Shown here in pieces: positions 9,890 through 18,876 of a stretch of DNA of 64,000 nucleotides; positions within the stretch are counted from its first letter, which is position 1; each line of letters begins with the position of its first letter. The notes below the pieces were generated by a model, which made no database searches, had not been told where the DNA came from, and saw nothing but the letters and a program-made list of their open reading frames with translations. The DNA comes from an uncultured Pseudomonadota bacterium. Lineage in GTDB: Bacteria; Pseudomonadota; Alphaproteobacteria; UBA9219. A program made the translations under genes and the position numbers. The stretch spans positions 904-64,903 of the forward strand of contig CAIPYM010000041.1 in the NCBI GenBank assembly GCA_903869345.1. The letters run 5' to 3'.

Positions 9890-11665
9890 TCACGCTGCGA
9901 CGCCGGCCGACTCGTCGTCGTCCTTGTGCTCAATCAGGGCAATGCATTCCTCACGGCGGTCACTCAGCAAACGTCGTGCGGCCTCTTCGGAAAACCCAAG
10001 TGTCGTCAACGCAAATCCCGCTAACTGCAACCCGGATTCCATGACTTCGGGAATGACGTGGTTGGCTCCGGCGGCCCGCAGCGTGCGGGCATGGCGCACA
10101 TCCTTGGCGCGGACGGCCAGGGGAACCCGAGGAGCCAAACGTCGCAGCAAGCGCACGGCTTGGAGGGCCGTTGCTGCGCTGTCCAACGTGATGATGACAG
10201 CGGAGGCTCGATCGATTCCAAGGTGCTGGAAGATTTCGGGGCGACCGACGTTCCCCAGAAAGATGGTGCGTTTTCCAAACCACTCGGCGACGATTTTCGA
10301 ATCGGATTCCACGGCCACGGTCGCAATGCCTTGCGCATCCAGAACCGAGGCGACCATTTGGCCCGCACGTCCAAACCCGGCGATGATGACGTGCCCCGAG
10401 GTTTGCGCGGGCAGGGTGCCCATGAGTTCCGCCGAGGGGCGTTCGGGCCAACGCGCCGTGAGAGTCTTGCGTAAGGTCCGCCCCAAACGTGCCAGAAGGG
10501 GCGTTGCAAACAGGCTCAGGGCCACGACGAGCATCACAAAGTGCCCAAGCGGTTTATCGAGCAGCGTGTTGGCAAGGGCCGTGCTGACAACGATAAACGC
10601 GAACTCGCCCCCTTGACCCAGCAGCAGTCCGGCCTCCAGAGCGCGAGGCGTTGTCAGGCCCCCGATCCGCAAAACGAGCGCCGCAATAGCGGCTTTGAGG
10701 ATGATCAGACCCAGGACGGCCAGGGGCAGGACGAACGGTTGCCGAGCGAGCGCTGCGGGGTCCACCATCATCCCGACCGACATGAAGAAAAGCCCCATCA
10801 GAAGGCCCTTAAAGGGCTCAATCGTCACTTCAATTTCGTGCCGGAATTCGGTTTCCGAAAGCAGCACCCCGGCCAGAAACGCACCAAGCCCCATGGACAG
10901 TCCCGCGAGCGAGGTCACGGCGGCAATGCCCAAAATGGCGAGGAGCACCAAGGCCATGAACGTATCGGCATGCCCCCCGGCGCTGAGATGATGGAAGAGG
11001 GGGCGCACGGCGCGGCGGCCAACGAAGTAAATCGCCCCGACCGACAAAGTGGCCTTGAGCAGGGCCAGAAGAATCGAGACCGTCAGGGAGCCTCCGGCGT
11101 TTTCTGGCCTCAAGGCCTCCACCAGAATCACGACGGGGATGACAGCAAGGTCTTGCAGCAACAGGACCGAAAACGCGCTGCGTCCGATGGGCGTGCCGAG
11201 CCACTTGCGTTGAGCCAGAATCTGCATGACGACGGCGGTGGATGAGAACGACAGGACCGCGCCGAGGACGATGGACACGCCCAAACTGGCGCCGAACGAG
11301 GCCACGATTCCGCCGAGGACCAGCGAGGTCAGCACGACTTGCGCGGTTCCGACCCCGAACACCCAACGTCGCAGCGACACCAGACGTTCGATGGACATCT
11401 CCAGGCCAATCGTGAACATCAAAAAGACAATCCCCAGGTCCGCAAGGGCGCTGACCCCTGCCGTGCGCGGGAACGAGAACAACGCAAGCCAGGGCACCTC
11501 GGTGACCCATGAGCCGAGGCCGTAGGGACCCACGAGGCATCCGACCGCCAGGAACCCCAAGATTCGGTTGACGCGCCAACGCGCCAGCAGGGGAATAAGA
11601 ACCCCGGCCAGCACCAAAAAGACGATCACCTCGCGGAGGTAAGGAAGGCCTGGAGCATCATGCAT
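9890..11665 (-). CDS. CPA2-family monovalent cation:proton antiporter with C-terminal RCK/TrkA-N domain (KefB/KefC-like)
   Basis: About 12 TM Na+/H+ exchanger fold, then GHVIIAGFGRAGQMVASVL, a Rossmann RCK domain. Confidence 0.8.
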   Translation of the reverse strand: MHDAPGLPYLREVIVFLVLAGVLIPLLARWRVNRILGFLAVGCLVGPYGLGSWVTEVPWLALFSFPRTAGVSALADLGIVFLMFTIGLEMSIERLVSLRRWVFGVGTAQVVLTSLVLGGIVASFGASLGVSIVLGAVLSFSSTAVVMQILAQRKWLGTPIGRSAFSVLLLQDLAVIPVVILVEALRPENAGGSLTVSILLALLKATLSVGAIYFVGRRAVRPLFHHLSAGGHADTFMALVLLAILGIAAVTSLAGLSMGLGAFLAGVLLSETEFRHEIEVTIEPFKGLLMGLFFMSVGMMVDPAALARQPFVLPLAVLGLIILKAAIAALVLRIGGLTTPRALEAGLLLGQGGEFAFIVVSTALANTLLDKPLGHFVMLVVALSLFATPLLARLGRTLRKTLTARWPERPSAELMGTLPAQTSGHVIIAGFGRAGQMVASVLDAQGIATVAVESDSKIVAEWFGKRTIFLGNVGRPEIFQHLGIDRASAVIITLDSAATALQAVRLLRRLAPRVPLAVRAKDVRHARTLRAAGANHVIPEVMESGLQLAGFALTTLGFSEEAARRLLSDRREECIALIEHKDDDESAGVAA

Positions 11666-11842
11666 GACACGCTAGACTTACCATGCCGACCGGGATCAGG
11701 AAACAGATGACCCGCGAAGGGCTGCACGGGCCCCGATGTGTGACGCCCAAGGACGCACATTGACAGACGTGTCCGGAGGGGCTTAGTGGACTTGCAGGGT
11801 CCTGATTGAGGTCTCTCCACGTTGCCGAGGGGTGCGAAGGCC

Positions 11843-12298
11843 ATGATCCGAATTAGCACGTTGGCCGATTACGCGGTGTTGCTTCTCGCCCACATGGTGG
11901 ACGACACAGGCGCGGAGCGTCCCTGGTCGGCCTCGGCTCTTGCGGCGGCGACGGGTTTGCCCCTGCCGACGGTTGCCAAGCTGATGAAGATGCTCAGCAA
12001 AGGGGGATTCGTGCAGGCCCAAAGGGGAGCCGATGGCGGCTACCATCTGGTTCGTGACCCCAGGGCGTTGTCGGTTGCCGAAGTGATCGAGGCCGTGGAC
12101 GGGCGCATCAGCCTAACGCGGTGTGTTCAGGGCGTGCGTCCCTGCGCGGCGCGGCGTGAATGCTCCACGCACGATGGATGGGGCCGCCTGAATGCCGCCG
12201 TCCGCACGGCGTTCTCGAGCGTCACCCTGGCTGAAATGGCCCCGCCGCTGTGCGTCAAAAGTGGACAAGGACGGCTTGAAGGTCAAAAAATGGATTGA
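11843..12298 (+). CDS. Rrf2 family transcriptional regulator (IscR/NsrR-like)
   Basis: MIRISTLADYAVLLLAHM... is a winged HTH. A Cys cluster (C..C.....C) lies in the C-terminal half. It is divergent from the kef gene. Confidence 0.8.
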   Translation: MIRISTLADYAVLLLAHMVDDTGAERPWSASALAAATGLPLPTVAKLMKMLSKGGFVQAQRGADGGYHLVRDPRALSVAEVIEAVDGRISLTRCVQGVRPCAARRECSTHDGWGRLNAAVRTAFSSVTLAEMAPPLCVKSGQGRLEGQKMD

Positions 12299-12487
12299 AG
12301 GTGGGGGTTAACTGGAACGAGTCGCCCGAAGAGAGGGCTTGATTAGACACACCGTTGCAGCTACAAGGGGCTTAGCTTGAGCTCCTTGCTGGACCCCTTG
12401 AGGGTTTGGCTTGGCGGGGTTTGCTCGGTTTTCCGGTGGTTCGGGGCCGAGGCAGCTTCGCGTTAATCCGAAGGGAGTAACAAAGGG

Positions 12488-12931
12488 ATGTCGTTCTACG
12501 AGTGTGTCTTTATTGTGCGTCAGGATGTTCCGGCGACACAGGTTGAAGCCCTCACCAACGGGTTTGTCGAAACCCTCACGGGGCTTCAAGGCAAGGTTGC
12601 CAAGGTTGAACCTTGGGGGCTGCGGCCTCTGGCGTACCCCATCAAGAAGAACAAAAAAGGGCACTATGTTCTTTTGAACGTGGACGCGCCCGCTGCGGCA
12701 GTGGCCGAGCTTGAACGCCAGATGCGTTTGCACGAGGACGTGTTGCGCTTTCTGACAGTCAAGGTGGACGAGCTGGAGGCCGGTCCTTCGGTTGTTGTTC
12801 GCCGCGAGGAGCGTGAGGAACGGAACGATCGTGGGGGCTCGTTTGGGGGTGACCGTGGCGGACGTTCCACCTTCCGTCGTCCCCCGTCCCCCGTGGCCTC
12901 GACCCCTGAATCTTCCGGAGAGCAAGCATGA
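12488..12931 (+). CDS. rpsF: 30S ribosomal protein S6
   Basis: The N-terminus [14 protein letters not shown]... is typical of S6, and it has an acidic/Gly-Arg tail. Confidence 0.9.
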   Translation: MSFYECVFIVRQDVPATQVEALTNGFVETLTGLQGKVAKVEPWGLRPLAYPIKKNKKGHYVLLNVDAPAAAVAELERQMRLHEDVLRFLTVKVDELEAGPSVVVRREEREERNDRGGSFGGDRGGRSTFRRPPSPVASTPESSGEQA

Positions 12932-13344
12932 AGCCCGATCTATCCTCCCCTTCGTCCTCGTTCGCAGGTGGAGCCTCGGCAGCTCCTGGAGCCCCCCCCC
13001 GGCGCGGTGGCGGCGGTCGCTTTTTCGGGCGGCGCAAGGCCTGCCCGTTCAGCTCGCCCGGCTCGCCTAAGATTGACTACAAAGACTCGCGGCTGTTGGG
13101 GCGCTACCTCTCGGAGCGCGGCAAAATTGTCCCGGCACGTATCTCGGGCGTTTGCGCCAAGAAGCAACGCGAGTTGGCCCAGGCCATCAAGCGGGCTCGG
13201 TTCCTGGCGCTCTTGCCGTACCTGAACGATCGAGCGGGCGCCGGTGGCGTGGGGTTGTCCGGTGAGCGGAACTTTGGGGACCGTGACCGTGGACCTTCGG
13301 ATCGGAGCTTCTCGGATCGTGGGCCTTCGGACCGCAGCATCTAA
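12928..13344 (+). CDS. rpsR: 30S ribosomal protein S18 with N- and C-terminal low-complexity extensions
   Basis: Core [11 protein letters not shown]...[44 protein letters not shown]. The ATG overlaps the rpsF stop. Confidence 0.85.
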   Translation: MKPDLSSPSSSFAGGASAAPGAPPRRGGGGRFFGRRKACPFSSPGSPKIDYKDSRLLGRYLSERGKIVPARISGVCAKKQRELAQAIKRARFLALLPYLNDRAGAGGVGLSGERNFGDRDRGPSDRSFSDRGPSDRSI

Positions 13345-13364
13345 CCGAAGCGTGAGGGTGCGTC

Positions 13365-14348
13365 ATGGGGTTGCCGTCTCTTCCTGCCCCTTCGCAAGGG
13401 GCCCTCGGGTGGGCCGCCGCGCTTTTAGCCGGTGGGATGAGCGCCCTTGCCTTTGCGTTTGCTCTTAGTCACGCGGACACGCTGATGGTGTTGGTGGCTT
13501 ACCTGGCCCCTGCACCGTTGCTGGCGGCGGGGCTGGGGGCGGGCGTTGTGGCGGGTCTTGTGGCCTCGGTGGTCGGAACGGCGGGCTTGGTTCTTTTTGG
13601 CCAGGACAGCATGGCCCTGTTCTATGTCGTGATCTACGCCCTGCCCGCCGCTGTGTTGGCGGCGTTGGCGTTGCGCTCACGTCTGGGACACGACGGGCAG
13701 GTTTACTGGTACCCGGAAGGCTACATTGTCACGGCGTTGGCCCTTTACGCGGGGGCGCTGTTTATCCTGGTGGCCACCTTGGTTGCGAGGCACGAAGGGG
13801 GGCTGTTGGCTCTTTCAACGCAGGTGCTGACGGAATTGGCCCAGCGGCTTGAGGCCTCCATCCCGCCCGAGGAAAAAGGGTCTCTGCCACCCCTCGCCGA
13901 CATGATTCCTCACGCGGCCCGGACACTGCCCGCGATGTTGGGCGGTGCGTGGATCTTGGTCATGGTTTTTAGCGGCCTCGCGGCCCAGTCCAGTCTGCGT
14001 CAACAGAATTGGCATTTGCGGACGACGGGATTCCGTTGGTCGGGGCTCGTGGTGCCGAGGTGGTTGATCCTGGTGACGGCGGCGATGGGAATCGTTGGAT
14101 TCGTCGCGGCTGATCCTTACGGGTACATCGCCACCAACACGTGCGCGATTTTGTGCTTGCCGTTCCTTTTCGTCGGCCTTGCGGTTGTGCATGCCTTGGC
14201 GGGGCGGCAAAAAACCCCGTGGGTGTGGCTCGCGGCGTTTTACATTGTTTTGGGCGTTTTTATCTGGCCGGTGTTGTTCGTGGTCCTGTTAGGGGTCGTG
14301 GATCAACTCCGACCTTTTCGGCGCGAGCAGGAGCTTGTGCCTCGGTGA
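13365..14348 (+). CDS. DUF2232-like polytopic membrane protein (conserved between rpsR and rplI in alphaproteobacteria)
   Basis: Six to eight hydrophobic helices, and the synteny with rpsF-rpsR-rplI. Confidence 0.5.
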   Translation: MGLPSLPAPSQGALGWAAALLAGGMSALAFAFALSHADTLMVLVAYLAPAPLLAAGLGAGVVAGLVASVVGTAGLVLFGQDSMALFYVVIYALPAAVLAALALRSRLGHDGQVYWYPEGYIVTALALYAGALFILVATLVARHEGGLLALSTQVLTELAQRLEASIPPEEKGSLPPLADMIPHAARTLPAMLGGAWILVMVFSGLAAQSSLRQQNWHLRTTGFRWSGLVVPRWLILVTAAMGIVGFVAADPYGYIATNTCAILCLPFLFVGLAVVHALAGRQKTPWVWLAAFYIVLGVFIWPVLFVVLLGVVDQLRPFRREQELVPR

Positions 14349-14408
14349 GGTTGCGCGGAACGGGGGCGCTCCAACGTGGAAAACCCCGATAAGCAAGGGA
14401 GATAAAAA

Positions 14409-15017
14409 ATGATCAACGTGATTTTGCTGGAGCGCGTGGGACGTTTGGGGGGCCTCGGAAGCATCGTCAAAGTGCGTCCTGGGTTCGCGCGGAACTTCCT
14501 TTTGCCGCGCCGTAAGGCGCTGCGGGCGACCGAGGCGAACAAGAAGGCGTTTGAGCATCAACGCGAGGAGCTGGAGGCCCGCAACGCGGCGCTGAAGGCC
14601 GAGGCCGAAGCCAACGTTGCACCGTTGACCAAGGTGACGCTGGTGCTGATCCGCCAGGCGGGTGACACGGGGCAGCTGTACGGCTCGGTCACGGCACGCG
14701 ATCTGGCTGAAGCTGCGAAGGCGGCGGGGCACGCGATTGAACGCGGGCAGATTCAAATCCCCGCGCCGATCAAGACCATTGGTCTTTTCGCCGTGACGGT
14801 CCGCTTACACCCCGAGGTCGTGGCGACCATCACGCTCAACGTGGCCCGCTCGCCGGAAGAGGCCATCGTCCAGGCCGAAAAAGGCGTGGCGGCGACGAAG
14901 GCTGCTGCTGTAGCGGCCTTGCCGACCGATACGGCGGAGACAGCGCTTCCCGAGGACATCTCGGCGTTCCTGGACGTGTCACCTGCTGAAGAGACAGCGG
15001 AGCCCGCGAAGGCGTAG
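14409..15017 (+). CDS. rplI: 50S ribosomal protein L9 with Ala/Glu-rich C-terminal extension
   Basis: [33 protein letters not shown] is a canonical L9 N-domain. Confidence 0.9.
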   Translation: MINVILLERVGRLGGLGSIVKVRPGFARNFLLPRRKALRATEANKKAFEHQREELEARNAALKAEAEANVAPLTKVTLVLIRQAGDTGQLYGSVTARDLAEAAKAAGHAIERGQIQIPAPIKTIGLFAVTVRLHPEVVATITLNVARSPEEAIVQAEKGVAATKAAAVAALPTDTAETALPEDISAFLDVSPAEETAEPAKA

Positions 15018-15120
15018 CGCTGGTTGACAAGGCGTTATCCGTCAATCCAGGTATAGCCGATCTCTAACAAAATGATCATGGATGTTTGGGGCAGACGGTT
15101 GAGAAAGGCACGGCGGTGTT

Positions 15121-15297
15121 CCCTCTCCCCTCTGTGGGAGAGGGTTAGGGTGAGGGGGCGTAAAAAACAAGGGATTCGTGGAGTTTCAAACACACTTTTT
15201 GTTCGGGAACCCCTCACCCCGGCCCTCTCCCTCAAGGGGAGAGGGAGTCGCACCGCACCTCCTTCAAGGTTGGTCCTTCATCTGATTCCACGCTCAT
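15121..15297. repeat. REP-B composite: two about 40-bp inverted arms (CCCTCTCCCCTCTGTGGGAGAGGGTTAGGGTGAGGGG / CCCCTCACCCCGGCCCTCTCCCTCAAGGGGAGAGGG), then a GAGAGGGA..CCTCCTTCAAGGTTGGTCC unit
   Basis: The arms are reverse complements of each other, and each holds its own small hairpin. The downstream unit recurs at 44951..45013 and, in part, at 15380 and 40973. Confidence 0.75.
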
Positions 15298-15379
15298 TTT
15301 ATGTGAGGCGAGCTATAAGATCCCTCCATCCTGAAGCGTTGGTTTTAAGGGGCGACGGTGCAGCGAACGCAGCGGGACT

Positions 15380-15445
15380 CTTTCCCTCTGAAGGGGAAAG
15401 GAGAGGGAATCCCGTCGTGCAAGGAGGAGAGGGCGCCCCTCATCT
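15380..15445. repeat. REP-B related copy (..GGAGAGGGAATCCCGTCGTGC..)
   Basis: Shares the GAGAGGGAATCCCG(Y)CGTGC core with 40973 and 44951. It has the internal hairpin CTTTCCC-TCTGAAG-GGGAAAG. Confidence 0.65.
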
Positions 15446-15536
15446 TTGGACAGACCGTTCCTCAACGCCTCCACAAGGCATGTCCCTTTCTTGTTTGGAT
15501 TGACTGGGGCTCCGTTTCTTTTCGTCGCCCCGTTTC

Positions 15537-16781
15537 TCAGGGCGCTCCTGAACCGCTGAGAGCTCCGAGACTGCCGTACACGGGCCCCAGGACCGCAAGG
15601 ACGATGAACGCCAACATGCCGCCGACCAGCAGGGTCAGGAACGGCTCCAGAAAGCCCGTGAAACGTTCCAGCGCCGCGCGAGCTTGCTCGTCACACGCGG
15701 CGGCTCCTTCACGTAAAGCGGGCAAAAGGTCTCCCACCGCCTCGCCGATTCGCACACGCCTCTCCATCCCCGGAGGCCAGAGGCCCGCTGTGGCCTCGGA
15801 CAGGGGTTGGCCTTTCAAAAGCCCCTCGGCGGCTTGATGGGCTCGGAGGGCAAGAGCGCGGTTACCAAGAGTCGCGGCGGCCACGCGAAGGGCATCACCG
15901 GGGTCCATGCCACCCGCGACCATCAGCCGCAAACCTTCGGCAAAGCGCGCCCCCGCAAACGCGCGGATCAGGGGCCCAAGGGCGGGCAGACTCAAAAGCC
16001 CCGCGTCCACGCGCCGCGCAACGCCAGGGATTTTGGACCGCACGAGGGCCACGAGGACGATGCTCCCAACGCCCACGATCAACCCCCACCCCCCGTACGT
16101 CGTCACACCTTGCGCGAGGGCCAAGAGAAGGCGCGTGGCGAGGGGCAAAGCAAGGCCGAGCGAGTCCACCAGGGCGACGACCGGGGGCACGACGAGGGCC
16201 TGCATGATGCCCAGGACGACGCACGCAAGAACCAGCAGAAACAACGGGTACCGGACGGCACGCCCAACACGTGTCCGAAAGTCCAGGAGGGTTTCAAGGT
16301 GGCGGATCACATGCTCCCACGCCTCGGGGAGGTTGCCGCTGGCTTCCCCGGTTTGGATAAGGGCGCACGCGACGGGATCGAACAACGCCGGGGGGCGGGC
16401 ACAGGTCGCAGACACCGTCTCGCCTTGATCAAGGGCCGCGTTCATCTCACGCAGACGGGTGCGCACAGGACCCGCAGGCAGGACCTCGGCGGCCTCGCGC
16501 ACCGCCAGGTGGAAAGGCAGCCCCGTGCGGAGGATCGTGCCCACCTGACGGCAGAGCTCAAGGTTTTGAACCAGCGTCAGGGAACGTGATCCCCCTCGCA
16601 GCAGAACAGTCCATTTCTCCCCCCACCCTGCCGAGGGGTTTTCCCGCGTTTCAACGGCCTCGATCAGCTCCAAGCCCTCGGCGCGAAGGACGCTGGCCAA
16701 CGCGCTTTCGGTAAGGGCGTGGCGGCGGCCTTTTTCAAGCCCCCCTGCAAGACGTGCGGCGCGGTAGCGGTAAAGAGGCAT
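15537..16781 (-). CDS. type II secretion / type IV pilus platform protein, GspF/PilC family, an orphan
   Basis: About 415 aa with two T2SSF-like repeats and three TM segments. Start at MPLYRYRAARLAGG (16781). No gspE/gspD/pilin genes are nearby. Confidence 0.7.
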   Translation of the reverse strand: MPLYRYRAARLAGGLEKGRRHALTESALASVLRAEGLELIEAVETRENPSAGWGEKWTVLLRGGSRSLTLVQNLELCRQVGTILRTGLPFHLAVREAAEVLPAGPVRTRLREMNAALDQGETVSATCARPPALFDPVACALIQTGEASGNLPEAWEHVIRHLETLLDFRTRVGRAVRYPLFLLVLACVVLGIMQALVVPPVVALVDSLGLALPLATRLLLALAQGVTTYGGWGLIVGVGSIVLVALVRSKIPGVARRVDAGLLSLPALGPLIRAFAGARFAEGLRLMVAGGMDPGDALRVAAATLGNRALALRAHQAAEGLLKGQPLSEATAGLWPPGMERRVRIGEAVGDLLPALREGAAACDEQARAALERFTGFLEPFLTLLVGGMLAFIVLAVLGPVYGSLGALSGSGAP

Positions 16782-16807
16782 CGCAGGAATCCCACCGCGG
16801 GGGAGGC

Positions 16808-17794
16808 TTACTTGTCCCTGAGCCGACAGGGGGCAGGGATCTGATGGGCATCGAACGGTGTGGCCTCGTAAAGCGCTTCGACCCAACGGGTGTAGAGGCG
16901 AGCCGTGGAGCGCCACGTGTTGATCGGCGGTTGGGTCGGGTCGTCCCCTGGGAAATAATGCCGTGGAACGGGGGTCGTTGGATCCTTGGCAAAATCGCGC
17001 CGATGCTCGTTCGCCAGCGTGTCCGTGGCGTATTCCGGGTGTCCCAGGACGTAGACACGGTAAGGGTAACGGCGTCGCCCATCGTCGTACGGGCGAGGCT
17101 CCACAATGACGCTGATCCCCGCTTCTTCGGAAACGGACGCGCATTCCAGTTCAGGGTGAGCGGCCAGGTCCTCGGGCGCAATTTCGTCCCAGCGTGAAAC
17201 CGGCATGCTGTAGACGTCCGATAAACCCCGCAAAAGCCCTGTGGAGTCGCGGTCCGTCCGGTGCGGAAAAACGCCCCACGTTTTGCGGGGCTGAAGAACG
17301 CGATCAATGTTGTGGAAATAGCGGAGCGCGGCTTGTCCCCCCCAGCACAGAAAGACCGAGGACAAAACGTTGGTCGTGGACCAATCCAAAATGGCCGCAA
17401 CCTCGGGCCACATGGCCTCGTGGGTCATGTCCGGCTTCAGCGCGTTGACGCCCGTGACGATCAGCCCGTCGAACTTTTGATTCTGAACGTCGCGCCACGA
17501 TGTGTAGAATTTTTCAATATGTTCCACGGGCGTGTTGCGCGGGACACGGCCCTGCTTGATGGCCTGCAGGTAATCGTCGGTCGCGGTGAACGTGAGACTC
17601 ACCTGAATGGGGCTGTCGCCCAGCCATTCGGCCAACTGCCGCTCGGTGCCGATTTTATCGGCCATAAGGTTGACAACCATGATGTTCATCGGGCGGATAT
17701 CCTGGTGTTCCGCGCGGCAAGCTTCAATCGCGGCGGAACTGGTCCGGGAGGGAAGAAACGGGTGTTCTTCGGTCGCGTTGACGATCACCGGCAT
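16808..17794 (-). CDS. metA: homoserine O-acyltransferase MetA (succinyl/acetyl)
   Basis: IRPMNIMVVNLMADKIGTERQLAEWLGDSPIQVSLTF and the catalytic-region homology. Start at MPVIVNATEE (17794). Confidence 0.85.
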   Translation of the reverse strand: MPVIVNATEEHPFLPSRTSSAAIEACRAEHQDIRPMNIMVVNLMADKIGTERQLAEWLGDSPIQVSLTFTATDDYLQAIKQGRVPRNTPVEHIEKFYTSWRDVQNQKFDGLIVTGVNALKPDMTHEAMWPEVAAILDWSTTNVLSSVFLCWGGQAALRYFHNIDRVLQPRKTWGVFPHRTDRDSTGLLRGLSDVYSMPVSRWDEIAPEDLAAHPELECASVSEEAGISVIVEPRPYDDGRRRYPYRVYVLGHPEYATDTLANEHRRDFAKDPTTPVPRHYFPGDDPTQPPINTWRSTARLYTRWVEALYEATPFDAHQIPAPCRLRDK

Positions 17795-17889
17795 GAAAAG
17801 CCTCCATCGTTGATTTTTCCCTTTGACATAGGGGCTTGTGTTGGTCAACTGAAAGTGTAACGCAAACACAGGGATTAGGGGAGGATTTC

Positions 17890-18651
17890 ATGACCAGGCC
17901 AAGCGAAGAAACAAGGACGAGGCGCCGATCGGCTGTTTTTCTCGGACGCATGGTTCTGGGGCTCGGCGGGGTGATCCTCGGGCTTCAGGTGATGGGAACC
18001 TGGGCAGCTGTCGGAACGGGGGGAGGGGAAGAGCAGGGGGCAACACCTGCGCAGAACGCCAACGTTTCGGCCGATTCCCCGGCCCTTCCGACGCTGACGC
18101 CGCAAGACCGCGCGGACCTCGCTCGGGTGGAGGTCGCGCTGGATAATCTTAAGGCTTTTCAGGCCAACTTTGATCAAACGGACGAAAACGGAAGCCTCCG
18201 GACGGGCACGATCGCCCTCCAGCGTCCCGGCAAAATGCGCGTGACGTACGCGCCCCCCGACAAGGATTTCATGGTGGCCGACGGACATTTCGTGCATTTT
18301 TGGGATTCCGAAATGGGGCATCAAAGCAGCGTGCCCCTTGATTCAAGCCCTGCCTCGCTCTTGTTGCAGGACACCCTTCGATTCGGGACCGCCATTCGCG
18401 TGGTGGGACTTACGCGGCTTCCCGGCCTTCTGGAGGTGACGTTGGACCGCGCCGAGGATCCCGCCTCCGGGTCGCTTACGCTGGTGTTTGAGGACGGGCC
18501 CCTTCATCTGCTTCAACTGCGTCAGTGGCGTTTGCAAGATGCGGCGGGGAACCTCACGACCGTCACGCTGCGCGATGTTCGCAAGGATGTCGTCTTTCCC
18601 CGAGGCACTTTTTTGTTTACGCCGCCTAATCTTGGAAAATCAAAAGATTAA
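17890..18651 (+). CDS. LolA-family outer-membrane lipoprotein carrier-like protein
   Basis: N-terminal signal/TM (VFLGRMVLGLGGVILGL), then a LolA-like beta-barrel region (FQANFDQTDENGSLRTGTIALQRPGKMRVTY). Confidence 0.6.
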   Translation: MTRPSEETRTRRRSAVFLGRMVLGLGGVILGLQVMGTWAAVGTGGGEEQGATPAQNANVSADSPALPTLTPQDRADLARVEVALDNLKAFQANFDQTDENGSLRTGTIALQRPGKMRVTYAPPDKDFMVADGHFVHFWDSEMGHQSSVPLDSSPASLLLQDTLRFGTAIRVVGLTRLPGLLEVTLDRAEDPASGSLTLVFEDGPLHLLQLRQWRLQDAAGNLTTVTLRDVRKDVVFPRGTFLFTPPNLGKSKD

Positions 18652-18876
18652 AGCAGACAACCCCCTACGAGAGGACGTGGCAAACGGCCCTGGATGGCTT
18701 CACCCGCTACGCGGGTTCGCAATGACGTGGAGAGGACGGAGCCCAAAAAGCACCGTTCCTGGAGGGTGTCTCATCGGTCCAGGACCTTCGGGTCTTCGCC
18801 TTCTCGCAAGGACGCTCCTTGGGGCAGGGACCGCTGTAACAAAAGGCCTCCCCCTCCCAACTTTCACCAAAAGTCT

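Noticed and set aside
17795-17889. Possible SAM-II riboswitch upstream of metA, a common alphaproteobacterial arrangement.
   Set aside because: The 95-nt metA leader (read on the minus strand) lacks the conserved SAM-II elements (no AAAGCU...GCUAAAG pseudoknot signature).
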